From Tubiluchus corallicola (lineage: Eukaryota > Animalia > Priapulida): a DNA stretch of 64,000 bases. The notes under the pieces were generated by a model. It was not told the DNA's origin, made no database searches, and worked only from the letters and a program-made list of their open reading frames with translations. The position numbers were made by a program, and so were the translations under genes. Shown here piece after piece: positions 27,471-39,855 of the stretch. The stretch is taken from positions 16,684 through 80,683 of the forward strand of contig JAQGDQ010000917.1 in the NCBI GenBank assembly GCA_030141605.1, given 5' to 3'. Every line of letters starts with the position of its first letter. The stretch's first letter is position 1.

Positions 27471-27650
27471 AACCATTTTGCCAAAAAAATATCGTCTCGC
27501 GTACAACCATTTTGCCAAAAATGCCATCTTGCATGTAACCATTTTGCCAAAAGTGCCATCTTGCATGTAACTATTTTGCCAAAAATGCCGTCTTGCGTAT
27601 AACCATTTTGCCAAAAATGCCATCTTGTGTGTAATCATTTTGCCAAAAAT
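27471..27650. repeat. ~32-bp minisatellite, about 5.5 copies
   Basis: Unit aaccattttgccaaaaatgccatcttgcatgt. Confidence 0.88.
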
Positions 27651-27761
27651 CAAGTTTAAATGTAAGACTTAGTGACTCGTAGTAACTGCAGCTTTTATAT
27701 ACCGTTTGCTATTGAAGTATGGATTGTATTTATTGCTTACACGTTGGTGTTATTATTTCAG

Positions 27762-27882
27762 TGATCCCACGTCTGTGATGTTGGTGATTCTTCCTGAGAG
27801 CAGCTTTGATAACGTCACGCTACAGATTCAGTACACGCTCATTGAAGCCTTTTGTTGGGAGAACGATATACGTCTACTTAAG
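27762..27882 (+). CDS. GADD45: GADD45-family protein, coding exon 2
   Basis: DPTSVMLVILPESSFDNVTLQIQYTLIEAFCWENDIRLLK carries the family signature LQIHFTLIQAFCCENDI. Acceptor tttcag and donor gtagg, phase consistent. Confidence 0.95.
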
Positions 27883-28124
27883 GTAGGCCATTCAGAAAGC
27901 TACGTTTGTTCTTTAACTGTCTGTTTGTTTGGTTGACTGACTAGATGACTAGCAGGCCAGCAAACTGGCTCTTTTACTTGATTGACTTCCAAGTGGATTA
28001 GATCGGATGGTTTACCGACTGACTGACTGACTGAGCGAGTAAGCAGAGGTGGAAACTTGAGTCTGCCCATTTCTTCATTAGTAAATAATAAAAGTGAACT
28101 GATCTAAAATTTTTACATAGAAAT

Positions 28125-28490
28125 AATTCTTTTCACATTACCAGCGATTGATGGTGATTGTCAAAAAGGTCAAAGGTCAAGTGCACCAAACAACATATGT
28201 ATACGCTTGACAACGCCTCGCAACCCATGCTATTGTAATAGTAACAGATTTAACAGCTAGCTAGAACCTTACTTAGTTCATTTTTCTTGTTCCCAAGCAA
28301 GATCCTGCTAGTAAATCACTCTACTCACAGATTAATGCATAATTAAGTAAAGTACATGTAAAACAACTCAAGTTACTCAACCGATGAGGCAGACGGCTTT
28401 GTTTTACACAGATGTCAGATGATGGTTGTAGTTAAGACCCTTTGCTGTGGTACACTTAACCTTTGACCTACAGCAACTGTGTGTGTACAG
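28125..28490 (+). mobile_element. Family B MITE in a GADD45 intron
   Basis: Shared core and aaggtcaaaggtca motif. Confidence 0.75.
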
Positions 28491-28741
28491 CACCAACAGC
28501 AGAAACATTTAAAAGTGGACTTTTGTCCAGTCATGAGTCCATATTACTCTGGACAAGAGCAACTGAACAACAGTAACTTTCAGTTTTTCAATATCTAGGT
28601 TATTGACATGAGCACGTTTACCTTGGTCTACCTTTCTTCAGCTGGTACTACCTGTAATCATGAATTAGGACACGTCACACTTTCACTTTCTTCCACCCCG
28701 TACTTGGTCGTGCAAGTTACATGCTGTACGTGTAGGAGGCT

Positions 28742-29134
28742 TGTGAAAGTCATGTTTAAAGTTGTAGATCACTCACTTTGTAGAACAAGAATAAAAAAAC
28801 TATACTAGATATTTGCACAGAAAAGTGTTTATTAACTACATACACATGAGTAGAATGACTGCTGCACTGAACACTGCCAATGAGAGTGTCCTGCACTGAA
28901 CACTGAGAGTTAGAGAGTGACTAGAAAGTAAAACAAGTCAGTATATATAGGTGTAGGTGTCCTATGCATACTTGCAAAGGCTTCACAAAACCATTACTTT
29001 AAATTAGGGAGAGATCCAGTGAATATGCATTCACTGGACCGTACAATTATACTGGGGGTAAGTAGCTGGTAGAATAACAGGATTAGTTCATAGATGGCAG
29101 CACCTAATTAAAATGTACAATTACGACTTCCACA
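28742..29134 (-). mobile_element. Solo LTR, same family as 20366-20768, in a GADD45 intron
   Basis: TG...CA ends, TSD aggct / agggt, high similarity to the first copy. Confidence 0.82.
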
Positions 29135-29202
29135 AGGGTATTTAAAGGTACATGAATTAATAAATTGAGAATTGTGCTATATAGGCAGTCTCTCTGTTTT
29201 AG

Positions 29203-29334
29203 GTTGATGAGGCAGAAAAATTGGGTTTCATATTGGAAGATTGGATGATGTACAGCAGACAGAGTTTAACGGAGCAGCATCCATCCAAACGTGAGAGTGT
29301 TGAGGAAGATGATTTCAACTGTGTCTTAGTGCAG
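29203..29334 (+). CDS. GADD45: GADD45-family protein, coding exon 3
   Basis: VDEAEKLGFILED...DDFNCVLVQ resembles the family DLHCVLV motif. 132 nt with AG/GT borders, phase 0. Confidence 0.88.
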
Positions 29335-29374
29335 GTAGGTCATTTTTGCTGTTTTCTAAGTCGTCACAAACCAG

Positions 29375-30059
29375 CAGGGATGTAACGGAAACGAATATTT
29401 AATTTCAGTTCGCTGGTAATCACACTTTCAGTTGAGTTTCCTTGTCTTCGAAAGTTGTTAAGGCACAAGAAAACCCATCATAAGCATAAAGCTTGAAAAA
29501 TTCGTTTTGAAATTTTGTATCGCTTACATACTGCCTTTTTGCGTGCAGGACTTCAATCGGCAGTCACTCTGTATAAAATGTGTAAATTTAAACTCCCGCG
29601 ATGACCGTTAGACGCAGCCATTTTCACGACAGGTCAATTGAAACAAGTTTAGATAACATTTAGAAGGCATATCTGCAGACTCTGAAGCTTTAAAGTCTCC
29701 AGACACAATCAACCGAACTATCAAAGCGTAATTTGAATAAAACCAAGTCTAATTTTTCAATTTATGAAATATGAGCAACAAAATATTTATAAAATAAAAT
29801 TTCTCAATGTGTTGAAGCTTCATAATTTCTAACTATAAACATTGTTCTAATTTTTGATTAGTTTTTTTTCTTGCTACTTCATCAAACTTCGCATCAGAGC
29901 AAGTAAAAGCAAACAAGCAAAAACAAAGTATTTCATTTATTTCACAATGTTTTCAGTTTTGATGGCAGTTGGTTTTGCAAAAATGATTTCGGTTCGGTTT
30001 CCTAAGACGTTTCAAGTTCCGGTTTCGTTTTTCTAATTTCTGTTTCGGTAACATTCCTG
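29375..30059. mobile_element. hAT-like MITE
   Basis: TIR cagggatgtaac / gtaacattcctg and near-TSD caaaccag / taaagcag. Confidence 0.65.
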
Positions 30060-30189
30060 TAAAGCAGCACAAAATCGTTTGATAAGATCCCTCTATCTGT
30101 TATTGATGACATTCTTGATCAAGTGATAATTACGTCATGTGCATTTGTGTCTAGTTATAACTGGCACGTGATGTAGACTTTGTAGTTCT

Positions 30190-30305
30190 TTTACATTGTA
30201 TCAAGATTGTGAACTTACCTGTTACATTGTATCAAGATTGTGAACTTACCTGTTACATTGTATCAAGATTGTGAACTTACCTGTTACATTGTATCAACTT
30301 ACCTG
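30190..30305. repeat. 31-bp minisatellite, about 3.5 copies
   Basis: Unit ttacattgtatcaagattgtgaacttacctg. Confidence 0.88.
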
Positions 30306-31078
30306 AAGGTCACATTTGACGCAATTTCACAAAGCTGGCACGTGGTATACACAAACTTTGTATACATTGAGTCATTTACAACTGATAAATGTATAAACAA
30401 GAAAAGGTGTTGGTCTACCGTATCTTATAAAGTTTTGGCAAATTGCCAAAATTTACTAATTCACATGTCTTTTGTCTCTTCTCGTCTGTATGTTGTATCT
30501 TCTTATCTTTCTTATCATAGATCATTTAGTATCCGTATGTCATTATCCTCATGGCGTCATATAATCCTCGATGTTTCATTTAAAGTTTTGGCAAATTGCC
30601 AAATTTTTTTAATTCTCACCGTTGTATCTTCTTATCTGTCTTATTACAGATCATTTAATATCAGTATGTCATTATCCTCATGCCGTTATGTAATCCTCGA
30701 TGTTTCATTTAAAATGGATAAAGGAAATTCATCAAACGTGTCTTTCCTAACTGACCCCCCCCCCGTCACATGGTGGAAAATTCCAGTAATTTTCGTCCTA
30801 GTCTTGTGATTTTTTTCCTTTCTGGGATTTGTTAGGAGGAAAGCTACAATGACCTTTAAATCTTTTCCGTGAATTCACAGTGGCAGACATCCTGTTGGCA
30901 CGGTGCCAATAATTTCTAACAGACTTTGAACTTGTTTTGGTTGCATACGGGGCGGCGCAGAAAATTACAACCATCAATCTGATTAAATCACAGTATCAGA
31001 AAGTGTAAATATTCGTGTGGGTTGGTAGTTGAACTGTGACATTGTCTGTCTAGAGTATTAAATTCGCAGTTTCTTCCT

Positions 31079-31420
31079 TTAACCCTTTCATATCCGTTGT
31101 ATCCCGTGGGATACGAGAATATTTTCTGCCTTTAAAATTAATGAGATTTTAAAACTGACAATTATTTGATCTGTTAATAGTTATTTTGATTTAAGCCAAT
31201 AACAATAGACTGAAAATGGTGATAAAATGGTAGACTAGAAAATCTACATAGCATAAAAAACTGTGCAAGGTACAGTAGTTTAGAGGCGACTTTGTACAGA
31301 TCAGCATAGCATGCATACTAAATGTCTTAAATACTTTAAAAAATTATCAGCAGTTGCAAAATGAAGCACATTTTATGCTTCCATTGAATCCCAATGTATC
31401 CCGTGGGATACAGGCTATAT
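31079..31420 (+). mobile_element. piggyBac-like MITE, right boundary uncertain
   Basis: Starts TTAA-CCCTT. The palindrome gtatcccgtgggatac occurs twice. Matches 1-114 inverted. Confidence 0.6.
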
Positions 31421-31977
31421 TTAGCATGTGGGCACAGGTAGAAAAAAAATAATTATTATGTGTAAACAAGATGGACATACTGAACAAAAGTACCAAGCCA
31501 AAAATGTTTTTCTTATTAAAAAATAATTTGGGACTGAAAGGGACTGAATGAAATGCTCGCTGTTTCTACTGTCAAAAAGAAGTTCTTCTCCTAGGTGGTT
31601 GCTTAGCAATGGTACCACAGTGCCCACTTGGGAAATGATTAGAAAAAAATTCTAAATAAACTAGAGAAAAATTCGGAAAATTCTAAGTATGGAAAATATG
31701 CTTAATTGGAAGTAGTTGGTTAATTGTCCAAATGAACACCCACCCCTCTCTTGCAAACATTTTAAGAATGTTAACGACTTTGTAAAGACTATTAAAGTTT
31801 TGTAGTCAATCACTCCTAGGAACATGTTAGCATAACAAATAACTGTTTTTTTGCCAGTAATCCCATTGAACATTTCATTTTTCCTAGAAGATTTATACGT
31901 CAGCTGCTGAAATTCCATGCAGCATTCCCGGTTGAAACGTTTGTTTGCATTTTATTCAAGTTGTGTTTGTTTTCTAG

Positions 31978-32085
31978 TATCCGTGTGGCTGGAATGAAAG
32001 TATCAAAGAAGAGGAGGATTTAATTGAATACTACAAGGGTATGGAGGATTTGTTTCACCAGCCGGTGATCGTGCTGCCTGTTTGA
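31978..32085 (+). CDS. GADD45: GADD45-family protein, terminal coding exon
   Basis: YPCGWNESIKEEEDLIEYYKGMEDLFHQPVIVLPV* ends with the family P-V-I-x-L-P motif. Spliced CDS is 477 nt (158 aa), typical for GADD45. Confidence 0.88.
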   Translation, partial: YPCGWNESIKEEEDLIEYYKGMEDLFHQPVIVLPV

Positions 32086-34949
32086 CGAGCGTGCAGCTTA
32101 GCTGACTGCTGTGTTGGTAAGTTTAACTGCTGACAACTTTTGACGCTAATAATGGCTGATGATAATGTAGCCTTGTGTTTTTTTAAAATTATCCTACCAT
32201 AGCAACCGTTTATGTACTGAGTCAGAAATGTACTTAGCGCGTCTGACTGGCATTGAAAAGTCGTAGGTTCAATTCCTCTTCAAGAAACTTCAGATGTTTT
32301 TTTTATGAACTTAAAGAGAAGTTACTTATCTGTTTCAGGGAGTAAAATAAATTACTGTAATTTGTTTCATTCTTAACGCTGAATTCTTCATTAGAGTAAT
32401 AACCATTTAGTTCAAGGTCATTGTTTTTCTTTGTCTAGAAAGAGCAGCACTTGAAATGACGCCACCGTGAGAATTACTTAATAGACGGACTTCCCTGGAA
32501 ACGAGGGATTCGTGTGTATAGTCGGAAACCCTTCAATGTGGTTTTGTGTGACCCGAAACGGTCAACTTTTTCGTCTTAGTGAAGCTAGTGTCACGCCAGT
32601 GTTTAATTCCTCACGTCTGGAAAGTTTGCAATAAAAGAACGATGGAAATTTGCAAAAAATCGATGGAAATTTGCAAAAAATGATTTCTCTCAACAGGAAA
32701 TTTGCGTAGGAAAAGTTATTGCTTCGTCTGATCCTCATACATTTAAATTTTATGCACAACATTGTTTGAGTTTTTTTTAGAAGTGCTGTGTTTTGATGAG
32801 GTCTGTAATGGCACAATTGTTTTTAATGTTTTTAGAAAGTTTTTAAACTGACATTTGAGTAATTTGGTTATTTTTTGTGTTTCGAAGAAAACACACGTCA
32901 TAGCGTTTTGATAGCTTTGATTTCTTCTTGCAGTGTTCTCATTGTCAAATGTTTGCAGAAACTGTGTAAGTAGCAGCCTTCCTCACTTTGCTGGAACTTT
33001 CTTGCATTTTCCAAGATTTCACAGCTATTAGGCGTTTACTTACTGATCAAACTTGTTAGAATGTTGGATCCAGGCCAGCAGCCTTTTGTGCTGAGTCACG
33101 TATCGATTGGGATGACTGTTCTAGGAAATACGGAAGCCAGACTGATTCATAGTCACTTGTGTAAACACTGCCCCCTACAGGCGTTCTTGAGAAACGTTAA
33201 ATTTGCTAGGGCAGTTGTAGTTGAAATGTTTTTCACTTAGAAACCTGTATTTTGTTATTTGGGTGTAACTTTGTGAAGTAAAACATGCTTTTTGTTTTAC
33301 AGTTTGAGTTTGTGTGTAGAATGTTCATAACTTGTAGCATTCAGTATAAATTCATTTCGTAGGAATGTTTGTTTTGAAAGGTTTTAGTCCTTTATCAATC
33401 TCTCTGCTGTTCAGAGAAGCAAGTTGACTAGAAATAACCAGTTACTTTTGGAAAAATTCACAAAAATTGTTTTCTCACTCTTATTTTGAAACTTGATTGT
33501 AGTTGTTTGGAAATTTTCCCGCTGCAAACGGTAGATTGCAACGAAATTGTTTGTTTTTTCCAACATCTAATTTCTTTTATCGACCTACGTATTAGCAGGA
33601 GCATTGAGTAACGTTTACGTAGCATCCGGAATGTGAAGCATTATACATATTTATTCCATAGCTATTTCGCAAGTGGATAACCTATAACATTGCATCAAAA
33701 TTGTTTGTTTTTTCCTTTATCTAATTTCTTTTATTGACTTACGTATTAGCAGGAGTCTTAAGTAGCGTTTATGTAGCATCCGGATGCGGTAGGGTTATGG
33801 TGGTGTGGAATAGGTAAAATCGGTTTATATTGTTTTCAATGCAACCGTTTGTCAGACCTGCATTACACATTATTTTTTCTGCAGTTATTTCCCATTGATT
33901 TTTATTCCGCAAGTGAGTAACCCATAACGCATTCAGGATGCTACATAAATACTCTTTACACTTATTTTGCTTATTTTTACGTAGTATGTAAGTCACGCCA
34001 AAGCACCGATCTCGATATTTCTTTATCAGTAGCGCAACTTTCTGAATTCCAAGTTGCTGCTTCAAAAGTTTCAATTTAAGAGTTAACTATTTTTCTACTG
34101 TCATGCATCTCATTAAACTCCTCAGTGAATGAATCGTTGTGATAATAATTATCAACTACCAATAGTCGTACTTCTCTGTCAAACTTTTGTATTTAAATAC
34201 GTCGATCTCGTCTCAGACTTGTAAATATTGCCGTCGGCTTTGAAATGCAACAATTTGACTGGATGTGACATGCGGGTAAAGCAAAACCGTCTGCTACATC
34301 AGTCCACCAACTTCAGTTGTTCTATATTGGCTGCAAATGGTTTTCCTGTTCAATACTATTTTTGATATGGTATTTTAACGACTATGAATTTGCTTGAAAG
34401 AGGTGCAATTGTGGTCATGTGACAATGTTCACCAATCCCAGCAAGTGATTGTGGTCATGTGACAATGTTCACCAATCCCAGCAAAGTATTTTAATATGTT
34501 AAAACAGCTTGTATTATTACGCAAAGACCCATTTGTCAGTTATTGTTGGGTGTGTTGAATATCGGGTACATTATTTGTATTTTCAAGTGCCAAAGAAATT
34601 TGTTTATTTTGGCCTAGTTTAGATAAACGTAATGAAATTTAGAAACACTTTGTAACATAATGTAGTATAAAGTGCATTAGATTATTGATTTTTTGTTAAT
34701 GTTTTCCACATTATTACTACATGTAAATCATGCACAAGCATAATTGTTCTCATTTGTAAACTTTCTGTAAGAAGTAGATTATGTCTGTCTTTAGCGAAAT
34801 CTCAAGAGTTTCTACAATCTTGTGTCAGTAATTTATTCTTTGCTTGTTGATTTCGTTTTGAGGAAATCTTACACAGTTCTGCAAGAACATTTGTTTTAGC
34901 TGTTCAATTTGTGTTACTGAAACGTCTATCTCGATACGTTATTCTTGTC

Positions 34950-35370
34950 ATTACATTGTGCTTCCATCTATCGACAACAGGAGTAATCATTTCCAATACC
35001 ATATAAACTTTGTCAAATGACTTAATTACCATAGTAGCTTTTAATGACGTCAGTTTTTCACTTTTGCATAGTTTGACAGTTGCATTATTGTGATTACATT
35101 GTGCTGCCATCTATCGACGACAGGTGTAATCATTTCCGATACCGTATAAACTTTTGTCATATGACTTAATTACTATAGAGGCTGTTATTAACGTCAGTTT
35201 TTCACTTTTGCATAGTTTGACACTTGCGTTATTGTGATTACATTGTGCTGCCATCTATCGACGACAGGTGTAATCATTTCCAATACCGTATAAACTTTTG
35301 TCAAATGACTTGATTATTATACTGGCTGTTAATGACGTCAGTTTTTCACTTTTGCATAGTTTGACACTTG
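34950..35370. repeat. ~144-bp tandem repeat, 3 copies
   Basis: attgtgct(g/t)ccatctatcgac starts at 34955, 35098 and 35242. Confidence 0.88.
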
Positions 35371-35799
35371 ATTATTTCTCCATTATTTATTAATAATGAT
35401 GTAGTTATTAGCTGCTGGATCAGCATTATTTATTTGTTTAATTGTTAGGATCATTTAGATCATCTAGTTTCCAATTTATAGTGCTTTTGTGAATATTCAA
35501 GTGTAGTGTATATTATTATATTTATGATATACACTGCATTGTTTTAATCTATATTAAAGCCTTGTTGTTGCTTACGTTTGTGTGTGAAGATTTTTTGTAT
35601 ATACGAATGTAAAAAATTATATTTATAAATTTATCATGATGTTAGTTCTTAATAAAGTTTTAGTATAGAAATACATTGCTGTTTTTGTATATATATTTGC
35701 TTAGTCTTACGAATGCGTGATGAATGAGGAAGACAGTCATAATTGACGAATGATTTTAATTTTGAGGATTCGCTCTCGATTAAGGAGTAAACCTTTTTT

Positions 35800-36149
35800 A
35801 GTTTTGTTATGCGCACACGCAGTTGCTGTAGGTCAAAGGTTAAGCGTACCACAACAATGCTTCTTAACTACAAGGATCATGTGACATGCGGATAAAGCAA
35901 AACCGTCTGCTGCATCGGTTCACTAACTTCAGTTCTATTATGCATTAGTCTGCGCGTAGAGTGATTTACTAGCACATTCTTGCTTGAAAACAAGAAAAAA
36001 TGAAGTAGGTAAGGTTCTAGCTAGCTGTTAAAACTGTTACTATTATAGCAGCACGGGCTGAGAGGCTTTGTCAAGTGTACACAAATGCGTTGTCTGGTAC
36101 ACTTAACCTTTGACCTAAATCATCAACTGCTGGAACTATGAAAAGGCTC
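35800..36149 (-). mobile_element. Family B MITE, inverted
   Basis: Core taggtaaggttctagctagc and end aactatgaaaaggctc-at. Confidence 0.72.
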
Positions 36150-36627
36150 ATCTGAACAGTACATCCCTTTTGCTGCCTAAATAGAACAAAAGTTTTGGTG
36201 TGAATCACGTATATAACATTAAAACAAAAACAGAAGAAAGAAGAAGAAATTGAAAATTGCAGTCTGCTCTTTGTTTGTTGTGAAAATAACTATAATATCC
36301 GTACAGTATTTACACACAGCTAATCAAACGGTCCATGAGGCTGAGATAAAACAATAATAAATATTTTCACAAGACAATCTCTCTTGCTGATGATCAATGA
36401 CTTTCACATTTAAGACTTTCACAAAGCAAAAGTTCATGCACTGCTCGATTATCATGGAAGCTCTGCATTATCTTTGGTAACAATTTGTACACGATTAGTA
36501 GAAGCTTTGATGAAGCCAGTGGCAGTTCTGATGAAGCCAGTAGAAGCTTTGATGAAGCCAGTGGCAGCTCATAGGTAGAATTTGTGGGGGTGCTGCTTCA
36601 GAGAATACTTAGCTATTGCTTTAATAC

Positions 36628-36935
36628 TGTGTAAAACGAAACAAAAATATTTAATGTAACAATGTGAAACAATGCAAATTTTTAGCCATTGTTTTGATAA
36701 TGTGTAAAACGAAACAAAAATATTTAATGTAACAATGTGAAACAATGCAAATTTTTAGCCATTGTTTTGATAATGTGTAAAACGAAACAAACATTTAATG
36801 TAACAATGGAAAACAATGCAAATTTTTAGCCATTGTTTTGATAATGTGTAAAACGAAACAAATATTTAATGTAACAATGTGAAACAATGCAAATTTTTAG
36901 CCATTGTTTTGATAATGTGTAAAACGAAACAAACA
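36628..36935. repeat. ~72-bp minisatellite, about 4 copies
   Basis: Unit tgtgtaaaacgaaacaaa...tttagccattgttttgataa. Confidence 0.9.
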
Positions 36936-38593
36936 AACACAAGAAAGTTTATACAAAAACTTCATAAAATCCGAAACAGAAAATATTTTTTGCTTACTAA
37001 TAGCCTAAATTGTCGCAGTTCAAACTTGATTCAATCACGGTAAGCAAGTGACAACTGACAACAAACTGTGTGAGCGACAGTACTTTCTCTACCTGGACTC
37101 AGACGTGTGCGCATGGCTGCATGCGCACAACAGCCAAACACACCACTGTTCTGGGCTGTGAAACAAATTGTACTACCCTCACGTGCTCCGGTTCCATACA
37201 AGTGTATAAAGAAAGAACTAAAGACAAAAGACTTAATATATTGAATTTTATCGATAATATTGAGTGAAAACAGGGGGTGCTGCAGTTCCACAGAACCTGT
37301 ACACGAGCTGACACTGGACAAAGCAATAATAATGGACCACCATTTCAAGCAATGAACAGCAATATATAAAATCCAACGCAGTTTGGCAATTAAAAACAGG
37401 ATCTAAAAACCCTCAAATCATCAGTAGAACAATTTTACATAAAAATATCTTAGATTTCTTAAAACTCAATTGCAGTGATCCCCAAATCAAGGGTCCCGAG
37501 GGATGTTTCCTTGACTCACGGATTAATTAGAAAGCAAATAGCAAAAAGTGCCATTTTCAGCATCAACTGTTTTCAGTTTCTTGATGAAGTGCGAGACAAA
37601 ATTAATCAGCCGAACGATGAGGAATCTGTTCTTGCAGAGCCTTGGCTTTAAGTTCTATTTCTACGCTTGGCTTTATCCTGTGGTGTATTTATTCACTATT
37701 GTAATATTCATGGTCGTCAATTGAGCCAATCCTCGTTAAAATTTCTGATCAACGAGCTTGATTAATGAAGAGCCACATTAATGAACTATAAGACGACTCC
37801 CCAGTGTAAAATGTGAACTATGCAAATACGTATGACTGGCAAAATGCGATCAAGATTAATGATAATATTATAATGTTTGGTTTTATCCATGCCGGCTGTA
37901 CAATTGAAATGAGTTGCCGATTGAACACTGAAATTGAGTCATGAGAGAATGAAAATTTGGGAACCCACTGTTCTACTGGATGCAATACAGTCATATCTCG
38001 ATTGGCCAGATCTCGCTTTTACGGATATCGGAAAAAATGGACAAAATCTGGACAGTTAAAAAAGTCCCAGATTGTTTCGCGAGCGGACCGCTAGTTGGCG
38101 GGCAGTCACTTTGTTTACCTCATTACATCAGTGTAACCATGTGTATATCTCTAAATGTAAAAGTACAGAGTCAATTATGCAGAGTTATTTGAGTCAATTG
38201 CCGACAGTTTTTATATAGTTTTGCATAGGAGCGTTCTGTAGTAGACATTTTTGAAACTATTAGACGATTGATTCTTCAATACCTACTGTTATTAGCTTAG
38301 GAACGGTAAATACCGACACAATCGGCAAATACGGACAGACGTCTCCCCGTGTTTGTCCGGCAAACTGAGATACGAGTGTAATTAATTTGGAAGATCGTTA
38401 TTAATATTCCCACTTAACTACAGTTGTAGCAGGTGAGAAATGCACCTGGCTGGTCAATATTTCAACAGTTTAACATTTAGATTTTAGAAGATTTTTGCAG
38501 CCAATCACTAACGAATTGATTTGCTATTCACTAATCATGGGAATCCAGGTAAAGTTAGGGCATCCAACAGGTATTTCCTCAGTACCACTAAAG

Positions 38594-39318
38594 CAGGGTT
38601 CCCACAGTCGGGAAAAATCCTTGAAAATACAGGCTTATCTTGGAAAGTCTTGGAAAAGTCGAGGAAAGAGATAATTTGGTAAGAAGTCAGGGAAAATGAT
38701 GAAAATGGGGTAAAAAATCAGGGAAAATGATGAAAATGGGGTAAAAAGTCAGGGAAAATGATGAAAATGGGGTAAAAAGTCAGCGAAAATGATGAAAATG
38801 GGGTAAAAAGTCAGGGAAAATGATGAAAATGGGGTAAAAATCAGGGAAAATGATGAAAATGGGGTAAAAAGTCAGGGAAAATGATGAAAATGGGGTAAAA
38901 AGTCAGGGAAAATGATGAAAATGGGGTAAAAATCAGGGAAAATGATGAAAATGGAGCAAAAGGTCAGGGAAATTGGAAAGGGTGGCAAAAATAATCACCG
39001 TGAACCGATATTTTTCCAAACATTTTTCAGTGATTCGTGTTCAAATAAAATTTTACTATGACAGGCTCCAAGTTTCAATTTCTGTTCCAAAAATAATGAT
39101 TGGATTAAGAAAGTTTATTTAATGTGATTAGTGTAATTACGTTAGCACTACTGCAACTGTGCCGACACATTATATATCAGTATATGTATGAATGTCCATA
39201 TACAAAAATGTTTATATACGTATACTGGTAATACAATTTCAGCTGATGGTCATGGAAAATCAATATTTGGTCAGTGAAAAGTCAGGAAAATTTATTTTAA
39301 ACTTCTGTGGGAACCCTG
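38594..39318. mobile_element. MITE with TIR cagggttcccacag and 5-bp TSD taaag (hAT5-like), carrying an internal 30-31-bp tandem array (~38687-38975)
   Basis: taaag-cagggttcccacag ... ctgtgggaaccctg-taaag. About 9 copies of tcagggaaaatgatgaaaatggggtaaaaa(g). Confidence 0.8.
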
Positions 39319-39525
39319 TAAAGCCACTGAAAAAGTCAATACCTGCATGAGTTTTGAAAATACGGGTCTTATAGCAGGTTAAACAGCATTAATAACAACA
39401 GCGTGACAGCGGATCATATTTTTGATCCGTCAAAACACAGTCTTAATCTCCGGATATAAAAAATCTTGCACCAATCAGGTTAACAATATCACAGCTCTAT
39501 TATAGTCGCTACGAATCGGCAAACG

Positions 39526-39855
39526 CTATAATTCCACTTTCACCGAATTTCGTCGCACCTCGGGAAATCGGTCCGCACCTTCCGCACCGGCATTCTCGCT
39601 CTTGCCGAGCGTGTCGGCGATCTTCGCACCGTTCGACTTGGAGTGGATGCTCACTTGGTTCTGTCGGTGCTCTAAGATTCGAGCGCGCACGATGTTCAAG
39701 TGGCTGCGGACGTATTCTTCGTGCGGCGCTAACTTTGCCACATCGACTAGGCAACGTTCGGCTTGTAGTAAGTTGCCTTGTTCGACGTAGGTAACGCACA
39801 GATTATGTCTGGCCTGTACGTGCTCCTGATCTGATTCTATCACTTTCTCGAAACA
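39526..39855 (-). CDS. TMTC3: TMTC3 terminal coding exon
   Basis: CFEKVIESDQEHVQARHNLCVTYVEQGNLLQAERCLVDVAKLAPHEEYVRSHLNIVR matches the TMTC3 motifs HNLCVVY, AERCL and LAPHEEY. Confidence 0.93.
   Translation of the reverse strand, partial: CFEKVIESDQEHVQARHNLCVTYVEQGNLLQAERCLVDVAKLAPHEEYVRSHLNIVRARILEHRQNQVSIHSKSNGAKIADTLGKSENAGAEGADRFPEVRRNSVKVEL

Noticed and set aside
30240-30809. 189-aa ORF in a GADD45 intron
   Set aside because: Built from a minisatellite and a local duplication, T-rich with no domain.
24000-31977. p53 response element as in mammalian GADD45A
   Set aside because: Only isolated half-sites were seen (for example aagcaagctt near 25163), with no paired RRRCWWGYYY decamers.
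36500-36570. Hammerhead ribozyme at ctgatgaagcc
   Set aside because: A short 21-bp tandem repeat with no GAAA core or supporting stems.
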